Below, one piece after another: positions 30,321-39,786 of a DNA stretch of 64,000 nucleotides; the first letter of the stretch is position 1; each line of letters begins with the position of its first letter. A model generated the notes under the pieces. That model saw nothing but the letters and a program-made list of their open reading frames with translations. It was not told where the DNA came from and did no database searches. A program made the translations under genes and the position numbers. Source of the stretch: Nitrosopumilus sp. (GTDB lineage Archaea > Thermoproteota > Nitrososphaeria > Nitrososphaerales > Nitrosopumilaceae); assembly GCA_965214775.1 (NCBI GenBank), contig OZ243974.1, positions 1,152,001-1,216,000 on the forward strand, read 5' to 3'.

Positions 30321-33300
30321 GTCTGCGTCCCGTTGCACCTTGGCAGTTTCTAGTGCTGCCGACGGAATGCTGGCTTCTTTTGTCAGTATCTGCGTCAGGG
30401 TATCGCGAACTAGTTCCGGGGAATAGTGGGAATTGGCAAAGGCAAGGGAGTTTTTTGAGAGCGTATTCCACAAGGATTCATCAGTGTATGCTGAGATCGC
30501 CCTGTCTACAAATTCGGCAGGGTCGTCTCCAACCAACAGGATCTTGTCGTCATCTGACATACCCTCTGCCCCTATCGACGTCGTAACAACAGGCAACCCA
30601 TACGCAAAGCTACTAGTGATCTTTCCCTTAATCCCGGCCCCATATGTCAGAGGAACCAGCATGATCCTGCAGCGGTTGAGGTGTCCCTCTATGTCCGGTA
30701 GGTGTCCGAGAAAGGCGACGTTTTTGGTACCGGTGCACAGATCCCTGATCTTTTTGGACGCATTGCTTCCTATAACGTACAGCCTGACATCGGGCAGGCG
30801 CTCTCTGATCTGTGGGAATATGCGACTTGTCAGATATTCAAGGGAATCTACATTTGGTGGGTGTGTAAACCCTCCCACAAACAGGAAATCCTTTCGTTTT
30901 TCAAACGGTACGGGACTCTTTTGTGGAATCTGCAGCGGCGGAATTACGGCGACCGACAGGCCGGGATCCTCGTTTAGCAGGAATCTTGCCTCCTTGAGGC
31001 TACGGACTATGACCATATCTGACTTGCCGATAAGAGACAATTCGCCTTTGCTGTTCCTGCTTGCAGCAGTTATCTGTGATGGGTCTTGGGACAGTACGGC
31101 CATCCTGTACTCGCGGACAAAGTGAAGATCCGTAGTGTCGTAGACTATCTTGCATCCTGGCGCGTGTCTTTTGAGACGGTCAAAATATCTTGCGGTGATA
31201 TGAGGCCTTGAGGCAAAACAGACGTGAAAGGTCTCCTTGCGTCCTTTCAAAAACTCCTCAAAGTCGCGGTTTCCGTAGACGACCTCGATTCCCTTCTGCT
31301 GCAGCTCCGTAGCATATGGCTCTGTTCTGGCCAAGTTATCTGGCCAGAAGGTGACGTTGTGGTTCATGGATGCCAAGATTGAGATCACATAGTACGCAGT
31401 AAGCGAGCCCGCGTCGCGATCGTACTCTGGGACGAAGTGATCTATGTAGAGTATGTTGAGGCCGGCAGTGCGGTTCCTCTCAAAGAATACGTTCTTTGGC
31501 GAGTCTGGATGACGGCTTTGTATGATCCCTTCCCATTTTTTCATGTATCTATCCTTGTTTGTGACTTGGAATGACTTTATTCCCTGTGAGGTGTCGGTGC
31601 CTTGGGTCCTGCCTTCGTGGTGGATGAAACAGGCCATGGGCTGGTACAGGATGCTGTATCCCTTTTGCCTGATGGCCTGGCAGAGGTCATTGTCCTCCCA
31701 GTAGGCAACGTCGTATCCGGAGTCGAACCCTCCGTTCTCCTCGAAGATCTCCCGCCTGACCATCAGACATGCTCCAGAACAGTAGTCGACCTCCCTGACA
31801 AAGTTATACTCGGCCTTGTCCGGGTCGTCGCCTCTCCCGTAGTTCCATACGTTTCCGTTCCCCCAGACGATGCATCCGGCTTCCTGCAGGGTTCCGTCGG
31901 CAGACAGCAGCTTGCCTCCCACGGCACCCGTCCCCTCATTCAGGGCCAGCTTCAGCATGGCCTCCAGCCAGTTCGGCGAGGCCACCTCCATATCGTCGTT
32001 TAGAAAAACCAGATATTCGCCCCGGGCACTCTTGGATGCATGGTTGTTGATTTTTGCAAAGGAGTATTCGCCATCATAAATCAGAACCTTGTGCCTGATC
32101 CCGTCAAGGTATCGCCGCATCTCCGAATCTCCATCTTTGTTGTTTGTGACAATGATGATCTCATAGTTTTTGTATGTCGTCTTTGACTCTATAGACTCTA
32201 GGTTCTTTCTGAGATAATCGGTTTGGTTGAGGGTGGGGATGATTATGCTGACCTTTGGATTTCTTGGAAGCGTGAGGATTTCTGCCGATCCTATCTGAAT
32301 GTGCTCTCTCAGATCTTCGTCAGGCTCGGCGGGGTACTCGTTGCAGAATATCCTTGAGTTCAATTTGGGATCATCAAGTTTGATCGTCTCCGAGTATCGC
32401 CTGACTCTTTCGGACAGGATGTTGGTGGCAACATCCAAGGAGGGGGGGGGGGAAGGCTGCTCCAAAGTGGCAAAACCCATGTCTGAGCTTCTAGAGCCTG
32501 AGCTGTTGCAACTAAGAGACTGAAGGAAACCGTTGAGAATTTTCTCACCTACCTTAAGAGAATGGTATCTATCAAAATACGTTTTTCCATTTTGGCTGAG
32601 CCTTAACCAAAGATTCTCATCATCAAGAAGAGTGAAGACTGCATCGGCAAACTCTTCTTCATTGCTTGCGACAAGAACATCTTTTTTGCTTTTTAATTCA
32701 GTGCCGGCAAGTCCTAGAGGCGTCGTAATGACTGGAACGTTGAAGTTTAAAGACTCTAAGATTTTACCTTTTATTCCACCTACCACCATCATATATGCAA
32801 TGGTGGCAACAGCTCCGTCGTAATAAGGGAAAAGATCCTTTACAAAACCGGAAAAATGGATGTTAGAATTTTCCATTTTTGTTAGTTCTTTAGGCGGGTC
32901 ATTGCCTACAAAATACATCTCTATTGCAGGCATTTTTTTGAGAATAAGTGGAAATACGTCATCGATGATTTTTTTCGCGGACACCACGTTTGGGGTGTGA
33001 GAAAACCCACCCACAAAAAGAAGATACTTTCTCTCATTGAATTTTTTTACTGGCCTGGTATTTAAATGGCGAATGTCAGGAAGCAGTAAAAGTTTTTCGG
33101 AGGGAACAATTTTTTGTAACAGATTTATTTCTCGCTGGGTAATCACCATTAGGTGATCAGAGATATTGGTGAAATCTCTACCAAATTTAGTTAGTGTGTC
33201 TAGTGCTTTTTGATCATCGTCAACTTGTATGTTTTTATCTTGACTAACCAACCTGCAAAATCCGTAGAGATCATCAATATGGAGTAGAATTTTTGTTTGG

Positions 33301-36300
33301 GGGGAAGTAGTTTTAGACTGATGAAGATATTGTTTGCATTGAACAGAAGACATTCTGTTTGTATTGATAACTATCAAATCATAGTAATTTTTTCGATCTT
33401 CAAGCAAGACGGACACATCAAAATTTTGTGCGGGGATTATTTCAATCCCCAAACGTCGTAATCCGTCATTATATTCTGAGGCGCCATAGTGGCTTACAAA
33501 AAGTGTAATTTTTGAATTTAGCTGAGAAAGCAATTTTAGAATATTATACACGCGAAGATCTCCTCCGCTCTTATCGTGTTCTGTTATCCACCCATCAATT
33601 ACAAGAATTCTAACCGAATCGCGCATGTCCCGGGCAAGTAAAACGTTAGAGTCCGAAGGGATGTGCTTTGTAGAAAGGGCTTCCTTCCAAGTTTTCTGGA
33701 ATTTGGGGCGGTTGATTATCTCGAATCGCTTTGTACCGGAGGGATTTTGCGGATCCCTGGTTGAAGAAATTCCCTCATAGTGAACTATCGAAGAGAACGG
33801 AGTATACATGACACGTAGTGAGTTTTTGTGTGCGTTGAAACAAAGATCAACATCTTCATAATATGCAGGAATGTATTTTTCGCTAAATTTGCCCAATTTC
33901 TCAAAAATACTTTTCTTTACTAGTAAACATGCGCCAGAAACATAATCGACATCTCTAACAAAATTATATTCCGGTTTTAAATGATCATCATTTCTGCCAT
34001 ATGCTCGTGCTGATCCGTCATTCCAAATTATTGAACCTGCTTCCTGCAGACTGCCGTCAGGGTACAAGAACTTGGGTCCGACAATTCCAACTTTCTCATA
34101 ATGTTCAAAAATATCAAGTAAAGACTCTAACCAATTTTTTAACACAAGAGTGTCGTTGTTTAAAAACAACAGGTATTTTCCAACCGCATGGCATGATGCA
34201 AAATTATTTCCGGCAATAAACCCCAAATTAGATTTTAAATCAAACGATTTTGTATTTTTAATTTGTTTTAAAAGAAGCTTACTTGCGTTTTCAGTACAGC
34301 CGTTGTTGATTAGTATTATCTCATAAGGGATTTTGGTGTTATGTAAAACAGACGCAAGGCAATTAAATGTATATGCGGCTTTGTTATGATTTAGTATAAT
34401 TATAGAAACAATAGGCGAATCATGTTTTGGAAATGTTAGGACAGAGTTAGTGTTTGCGTATTCTAATTCTTCTCTAAATTGTTCAGCTACATTACTGCCT
34501 TCTATTTTGGGAATAAGAACCGGTTTGAATGTAAGTACTGAAGTTAAGCTAGATTTGTTCTTTTTAGCTATGAATTCCTCAATTAATTTTTTTAGACCAT
34601 GGGTTTTGGTGATGTACAAGCTAGATCTCATCACGCGTAAAAACTCGCCACTCCTAGTATTTGGCTTGAAAGTTCTATCTAGACTATTTGTAAATCCATT
34701 AAGAAATGAGAAAATCAGTGAGCTGTTGATTTGTTCTAATTCATATGCCAACGAATTATATTTTGATTGTAATTCTGCCAACTCGGAGTTTTTGTAAGTA
34801 ATCTGCTCTTTTAGAGAAAGTACACGCAAGTTTTTCGCGTCAACCTCTGCCTGTAGCCTCTTGACCATAGTGCCCAGCTCGGCCTTGTCGCCCTCCAGCG
34901 TGTCGACCTGCCTGCCCAGCTCGGCCTTGTCGCCCTCCAGCGTGTCGACCTGCCTGCCCAGCTCGGCCTTGTCGCCCTCCAGCGTGTCGACCTGCCTGCC
35001 CAGCTCGGCCTTGTCGCCCTCCAGCGTGTCGACCTGCCTGCCCAGCTCGGCCTTGTCGCCCTCCAGCGTGTCGACCTGCCTGCCCAGCTCGGCCTTGTCG
35101 CCCTCCAGCGTGTCGACCTGCCTGCCCAGCTCGGCCTTGTCGCCCTCCAGCGTGTCGACCTGCCTGCCCAGCTCGGCCTTGTCGCCCTCCAGCGTGTCGA
35201 CCTGCCTGCCCAGCTCGGCCTTGTCGCCCTCCAGCGTGTCGACCTGCCTGCCCAGCTCGGCCTTGTCGCCCTCCAGCGTGTCGACCTGCCTGCCCAGCTC
35301 GGCCTTGTCGCCCTCCAGCGTGTCGACCTGCCTGCCCAGCTCGGCCTCCCTGTCTTGCAGCTTGGATGCCAGTGAGGAAGATTCTTCCGCTAGCCGAAAT
35401 GAAGAAAGCAGTGATTCGTAATAGTGCTTGTATTTTCTTAGTTTCACCTTGTGAGAATCCGTGGAATCATCTGAAATTGCCCATTCGAGGAGGCGTGTGT
35501 AATCTCCGTTCTTGACTTCCGGAAAGGCCTTCCGCAGATCCGGTCTCAAGCGGTATATTTTCAATAGTTCGTCTAGCTCGATCTTGTAGCTCTCCAGATC
35601 GATCCGGCTTGGCTGTTGATCAGATATACTGGCCTCTTCAACTCGCATTTTCTGCATCTGTGATCTGATAAATTCACTTGAATTTTCTTCATGTGTGTTT
35701 TTATAGCAAATTTGCAACAGATCAAGAGCAGCTGCGTCGGTTGTGATAATCAGCGAGAGCTCTAACCACACCATTGCATTTTCAAATTTGCCACTGTCCA
35801 TCAACACATTGCCCTGCAACAGGTATCTTGCGTGATCGCTTTTATCGTGTTCAATCATTCGATCTAAGATCTTGGAACACTCGTGGTATTCCTGCAAGTT
35901 ATACAGGCAGTTTGCACATCCCTCCAAGGCTGGAATGTATCCCCAATCTGTTTCAAGTATGCCCCTGTAAATTCTTAGTGCATCTGTCCACTTTGATGAC
36001 TCTGCCAGCTTGTCTGCGTTGTAAAGATCTAGCAACACTTGGTTCTTTGTTAGACAATACTTTGTAGTTATATGTTTATAGACAAAGTCCTTGTTTTTCT
36101 CCATCAGTATGCTGGAGTTGCGCGTCGAGCCCTGCGTGTTGATCCAGTATTCTCCAGTGGCTTTTGGAACTCGCACAAAATAGGCGTGCTTGGAAAACCT
36201 CCTTAGAACGTCCCAGTCCTCCCAAAAATCTAGTGCCTCATCATACCTCTCAACCTTGGACAGCTCCTTTCTGTGCACCACCGCAAAATTGGGTATGAAG

Positions 36301-37559
36301 TTGTCCTGATCTACTGGATCATATCTCGCATTCTTCAGCTTCTTCAGCTTCTTTTCGATCGGAATCTGCACCCCGTCCTCATTCACCATACAGTTGACTT
36401 GGACGTAATCCGCATATACGAGCATCCTAGACTCAAATCTGACAAGCTCCCCCACGGTAACCTCCAGATGATCCGGATACAGCCTGTCATCGTCATCTAG
36501 ATACGCAATGAGCTCGCCTCCAGCTGCTGTATCTATTGCATAGTTGTTGGCATAGGACTTGCCCCTGTGTTCTTCTAGCCTGATATACCTGATCCTAGGA
36601 TCCTCAAACCCGTCAATTATACCCTTGATGTCCCTTCCCCCATCATTGACTATAATCAACTCGAAATTCTCATACGTCTGCGACAATACCGACCTTATCG
36701 CAAGTGGGATTATGGATTCCCTGTCTCGTGTGGCCATTATTACAGAAACAAGCGGGCTTTTGGGCGGCTTGGACGGGACTTGGCCTCCGCCTCGTGGCAC
36801 CCACTTTCGCAGGAAATAGTCCTTGTTCTTCTGATCCACAAACGGTGATCTCAAGTCCGGATCCCCGGCGTGCGTAGGATCACCGGTATCGGTGCGGTAG
36901 ACAAAGACGTCCCTAGCAACCAGGATCGTCCCCCCAGCCTCCCGTATCCGCCTGCAATAGTCGTCATCATACAGCGGCCCGAAGCTGAATCCCTCGTCCA
37001 AGGGCCCTATGTCGGCTACAATCTTTGATCTTGCCACCATACAAAAGCCCCCGACCCGGTGGTATTTGGCCGTCAGACCCTCATACTTGGCGTGAAAGTC
37101 CCTGCCGTATTCGGCAATATGCACGGGATCGGATCCCACGCCGCACGAATAGTCGCACTGCATGACACCTGCCGAGTTGCTCATGGGCCCGACCGCCCCC
37201 GCATCCGGGTTGCCCTCAAGGTGTCCCACGAGCGTGTCCAGCCAGCCCGGGGTCACGATGACGCTGCTGTCCAGCCAGACGGCATACCTAGCGCGAATCT
37301 TTTCCAGTCCCTGATTCATGGCCCTTACGAACCCGGCGTCTTTTTTGTTTCTGATCAGTACCGAGCCGTCAAACCTTTTGAGGTACTGCAAGGTTCCGTC
37401 CGTCGAGCCGTTGTCTACGAATATGTACCTGTAGGATATGGCGCCTTTGCTTGCCTCTACGCTCTCGATACACCTTTTTGTGCCATCCAGATCGTTACGG
37501 GTCACGATGATGATGTCGCACGTAGACGGTGTGCTCATATCAATGAAAAAAGGCTCCAC
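30303..37559 (-). CDS. Giant multi-domain glycosyltransferase: GT2-GT2-TPR-RPDL module-coiled coil-GT2-GT4-GT2-GT4
   Basis: Four GT2 starts (FVDNGSTD, VNDG/YLDDDD, FLNNDT, FLNDDM); two GT-B blocks with FVGGF.H.PN and GIKGKI; TPR-like helices. Confidence 0.93.
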   Translation of the reverse strand: MEPFFIDMSTPSTCDIIIVTRNDLDGTKRCIESVEASKGAISYRYIFVDNGSTDGTLQYLKRFDGSVLIRNKKDAGFVRAMNQGLEKIRARYAVWLDSSVIVTPGWLDTLVGHLEGNPDAGAVGPMSNSAGVMQCDYSCGVGSDPVHIAEYGRDFHAKYEGLTAKYHRVGGFCMVARSKIVADIGPLDEGFSFGPLYDDDYCRRIREAGGTILVARDVFVYRTDTGDPTHAGDPDLRSPFVDQKNKDYFLRKWVPRGGGQVPSKPPKSPLVSVIMATRDRESIIPLAIRSVLSQTYENFELIIVNDGGRDIKGIIDGFEDPRIRYIRLEEHRGKSYANNYAIDTAAGGELIAYLDDDDRLYPDHLEVTVGELVRFESRMLVYADYVQVNCMVNEDGVQIPIEKKLKKLKNARYDPVDQDNFIPNFAVVHRKELSKVERYDEALDFWEDWDVLRRFSKHAYFVRVPKATGEYWINTQGSTRNSSILMEKNKDFVYKHITTKYCLTKNQVLLDLYNADKLAESSKWTDALRIYRGILETDWGYIPALEGCANCLYNLQEYHECSKILDRMIEHDKSDHARYLLQGNVLMDSGKFENAMVWLELSLIITTDAAALDLLQICYKNTHEENSSEFIRSQMQKMRVEEASISDQQPSRIDLESYKIELDELLKIYRLRPDLRKAFPEVKNGDYTRLLEWAISDDSTDSHKVKLRKYKHYYESLLSSFRLAEESSSLASKLQDREAELGRQVDTLEGDKAELGRQVDTLEGDKAELGRQVDTLEGDKAELGRQVDTLEGDKAELGRQVDTLEGDKAELGRQVDTLEGDKAELGRQVDTLEGDKAELGRQVDTLEGDKAELGRQVDTLEGDKAELGRQVDTLEGDKAELGRQVDTLEGDKAELGTMVKRLQAEVDAKNLRVLSLKEQITYKNSELAELQSKYNSLAYELEQINSSLIFSFLNGFTNSLDRTFKPNTRSGEFLRVMRSSLYITKTHGLKKLIEEFIAKKNKSSLTSVLTFKPVLIPKIEGSNVAEQFREELEYANTNSVLTFPKHDSPIVSIIILNHNKAAYTFNCLASVLHNTKIPYEIILINNGCTENASKLLLKQIKNTKSFDLKSNLGFIAGNNFASCHAVGKYLLFLNNDTLVLKNWLESLLDIFEHYEKVGIVGPKFLYPDGSLQEAGSIIWNDGSARAYGRNDDHLKPEYNFVRDVDYVSGACLLVKKSIFEKLGKFSEKYIPAYYEDVDLCFNAHKNSLRVMYTPFSSIVHYEGISSTRDPQNPSGTKRFEIINRPKFQKTWKEALSTKHIPSDSNVLLARDMRDSVRILVIDGWITEHDKSGGDLRVYNILKLLSQLNSKITLFVSHYGASEYNDGLRRLGIEIIPAQNFDVSVLLEDRKNYYDLIVINTNRMSSVQCKQYLHQSKTTSPQTKILLHIDDLYGFCRLVSQDKNIQVDDDQKALDTLTKFGRDFTNISDHLMVITQREINLLQKIVPSEKLLLLPDIRHLNTRPVKKFNERKYLLFVGGFSHTPNVVSAKKIIDDVFPLILKKMPAIEMYFVGNDPPKELTKMENSNIHFSGFVKDLFPYYDGAVATIAYMMVVGGIKGKILESLNFNVPVITTPLGLAGTELKSKKDVLVASNEEEFADAVFTLLDDENLWLRLSQNGKTYFDRYHSLKVGEKILNGFLQSLSCNSSGSRSSDMGFATLEQPSPPPSLDVATNILSERVRRYSETIKLDDPKLNSRIFCNEYPAEPDEDLREHIQIGSAEILTLPRNPKVSIIIPTLNQTDYLRKNLESIESKTTYKNYEIIIVTNNKDGDSEMRRYLDGIRHKVLIYDGEYSFAKINNHASKSARGEYLVFLNDDMEVASPNWLEAMLKLALNEGTGAVGGKLLSADGTLQEAGCIVWGNGNVWNYGRGDDPDKAEYNFVREVDYCSGACLMVRREIFEENGGFDSGYDVAYWEDNDLCQAIRQKGYSILYQPMACFIHHEGRTQGTDTSQGIKSFQVTNKDRYMKKWEGIIQSRHPDSPKNVFFERNRTAGLNILYIDHFVPEYDRDAGSLTAYYVISILASMNHNVTFWPDNLARTEPYATELQQKGIEVVYGNRDFEEFLKGRKETFHVCFASRPHITARYFDRLKRHAPGCKIVYDTTDLHFVREYRMAVLSQDPSQITAASRNSKGELSLIGKSDMVIVRSLKEARFLLNEDPGLSVAVIPPLQIPQKSPVPFEKRKDFLFVGGFTHPPNVDSLEYLTSRIFPQIRERLPDVRLYVIGSNASKKIRDLCTGTKNVAFLGHLPDIEGHLNRCRIMLVPLTYGAGIKGKITSSFAYGLPVVTTSIGAEGMSDDDKILLVGDDPAEFVDRAISAYTDESLWNTLSKNSLAFANSHYSPELVRDTLTQILTKEASIPSAALETAKVQRDADQHSQK
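34871..35348 (-). repeat. 42-bp perfect tandem repeat x11 encoding a double-heptad coiled coil (AELGRQVDTLEGDK)
   Basis: Identical units, in frame, GC-rich within an AT-rich context. Confidence 0.97.
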
Positions 37560-37582
37560 GTATTAATAACATACTGCATGCC

Positions 37583-37703
37583 CAGTCTTCCCAGAAGTAC
37601 CGCATAAAATCATCCCGGGCCAGAAACAATTCAGATGAGGATGCCTGCAGATCTGCATGTCACCTACTGCACTGCCGTGAGTCGGTTACTTCTGGGAAGA
37701 CTG
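37583..37703. mobile_element. 121-bp CAGTCTTCCC MITE in the divergent GT/wzm intergenic region
   Basis: Perfect TIR CAGTCTTCCCAGAAGTA / TACTTCTGGGAAGACTG. Confidence 0.85.
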
Positions 37704-37747
37704 ACTATTACAGTCTAATATATATTGATATTTTTGGAAGCTCTGTT

Positions 37748-38524
37748 GTGCCCAACCTATTTTCAGATCTAATTCGTCAACGAACAATCGTATTTTCATT
37801 GGCTATTACTGATGTAAAATTGCGATACAAAAATTCGGCTCTGGGGTTTTTCTGGACATTTCTAGAACCTGTATTGATGCTAGGAATACTCTATGTTGTA
37901 TTTAGCAATATTTTGCGAAGTGAGATTGAACACTACCCGATGTACTTGCTGATCGGGCTGGTATTTTGGTATATGTTTTCAAGAGCTACAACTGCTGGAA
38001 TGACAAGCTTGCAAGACAAATCGTTTATAATCCAAAAAACATCTTTACGTCGTGAAATTATTGTTATTAGTTCTACGCTTACCGCTTTCATAATGATGAT
38101 GTTTGAACTGTTGGCGTTTGGTGTATTTGTAATAATTTTTCAATTTGTTCCGCCATTAACAATATCGTTCTTGCCTATTTTACTACTGGAGATACTCGTT
38201 TTATCTCTAGGCATAGCGTTCATCCTCTCTATTCTTAATGTTTATTTTAGAGATATTCGCTTTATTTGGCAAGTGATTCTTCAGGCGTCTTTCTTTCTTT
38301 CTCCCATAATCTATACACTTGACATGTTTCCTGAAACCATTCGTGGCATATTGGAAATTAACCCCTTCGTCCACATGTTAAACATAACTCATAGTTTAGT
38401 ACTGTATGGAACAACGCCCGAATTAAATTCCTTGTTTTACCTGATATCCACCACTGGAGCTCTGCTGGTGTTTGGATACTATTTATTTAAATCAAAAGGG
38501 AAAAAAATTGCGGAGAAAATATAA
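37748..38524 (+). CDS. wzm: Polysaccharide ABC exporter permease
   Basis: D.KLRYKNSALGFFWTFLEP, FRDI, SPIIY and INP motifs; about 6 TM helices. Confidence 0.93.
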   Translation: MPNLFSDLIRQRTIVFSLAITDVKLRYKNSALGFFWTFLEPVLMLGILYVVFSNILRSEIEHYPMYLLIGLVFWYMFSRATTAGMTSLQDKSFIIQKTSLRREIIVISSTLTAFIMMMFELLAFGVFVIIFQFVPPLTISFLPILLLEILVLSLGIAFILSILNVYFRDIRFIWQVILQASFFLSPIIYTLDMFPETIRGILEINPFVHMLNITHSLVLYGTTPELNSLFYLISTTGALLVFGYYLFKSKGKKIAEKI

Positions 38525-39270
38525 TGTCTGAAAGCATTGCTTTAAGATTAGAAAATGTTTCAAAAACATTTCGTATTCGATCAAATAAAGACAGTACACT
38601 GTTTGAATTTTTAACCTCTTTTTGGAAAAATAATGTTGATGAAGAATTGAAAGTTTTACAAAATATCAACCTAACTATTCACAAGGGTGAGACATTAGGA
38701 ATATTGGGTCTTAACGGAGCTGGAAAAAGCACACTATTAAAAATTTTAGCACAAATCTACGCTCCTGACTCTGGAACATTGCACGTTAATGGGAAATTAA
38801 CCCCTTTCTTGGATCTAGGTACTGGATTTAATGGAGAGCTTTCTGCACGAGAAAATGTTTATGTTTATGGCATATTGTTAGGATTATCAAAGAAACAAAT
38901 TACTGATAAAATAGGTGACATTTTTGAGTATGCAGAACTTGAAAAATTCAAAAACACAAAATTGAAGAATTTTTCTTCTGGCATGGTGGCAAGATTGGCA
39001 TTTTCGACAGCTATTACCGTTGATCCTGATGTCCTGTTGGTTGACGAAGTTCTGGCAGTCGGCGATGCACTATTTCGCCAAAAAAGCTACAAAGCATTTT
39101 TAGACTTTAAACAGAAAAACAAAACAATAATTATTGTCTCTCACTCAGTAACCCAAATTCAAGATCTGTGTGACCGAGCAATACTACTTTTCAACGGAAA
39201 AATTATTTCTGACGGTGTTCCTGATGTTGTTGCTAAAGAATATGCAAAACTAATTGACACTAAATCGTAA
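38524..39270 (+). CDS. wzt: Polysaccharide ABC exporter ATPase without a C-terminal CBM
   Basis: GLNGAGKST, FSSGM.ARLAFS and DEVLAVGD motifs; 248 aa. Confidence 0.94.
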   Translation: MSESIALRLENVSKTFRIRSNKDSTLFEFLTSFWKNNVDEELKVLQNINLTIHKGETLGILGLNGAGKSTLLKILAQIYAPDSGTLHVNGKLTPFLDLGTGFNGELSARENVYVYGILLGLSKKQITDKIGDIFEYAELEKFKNTKLKNFSSGMVARLAFSTAITVDPDVLLVDEVLAVGDALFRQKSYKAFLDFKQKNKTIIIVSHSVTQIQDLCDRAILLFNGKIISDGVPDVVAKEYAKLIDTKS

Positions 39271-39329
39271 TTACGTTGTTGCGTTTTAACCACGGGTGTG
39301 AGGTCACGTAGTATTCACGGCTACCGTAT

Positions 39330-39621
39330 GAGACGTTATATCAAACCTTATCTGTAGCGGACGCCATATTATCCGTGTTGGACCCAAGAGCCCAAGTAAA
39401 CTTGCCACATATGAGGGCGTGTAAGAGACTGGCTCAGAGTAGGCGGACAACGAAATGCCACATCATCGAGGGCGAATGGGAGTTTTCCGTTCAGTTGGGC
39501 ACACACACTTTGATCAACATGGAGGTGATATCATGATCAACATAGGAATAGACGTTCATAAGAAGACATGTATGGTAACCATCAAAGAGTAAGAGACGTT
39601 ATATCAAACCTTATCTGTAGC
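39330..39621 (+). mobile_element. IS110-family left-end relic (non-coding leader plus 19 codons) between 29-bp direct repeats
   Basis: GAGACGTTATATCAAACCTTATCTGTAGC at 39330 and 39593; GGAGGTGA RBS, then MINIGIDVHKKTCMVTIKE*. Confidence 0.65.
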
Positions 39622-39786
39622 TAGTTTGTTGCATAACCCTTCCTAAAATTTGAAATCTGACCGAAAATCACCAAAATGATCAACTAATCCTTACCGAAAA
39701 AGTAATGGATCATGAGGATGCCTCGTATGGTATACATTGACACAAACAGACAATGCAAAGTACGTAAAGAGGGGGGCAGGCCTATA

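Noticed and set aside
34871-35348. 42-bp repeats as a CRISPR array
   Set aside because: There are no spacers, the units are contiguous and in frame within a CDS, and no cas genes are present.
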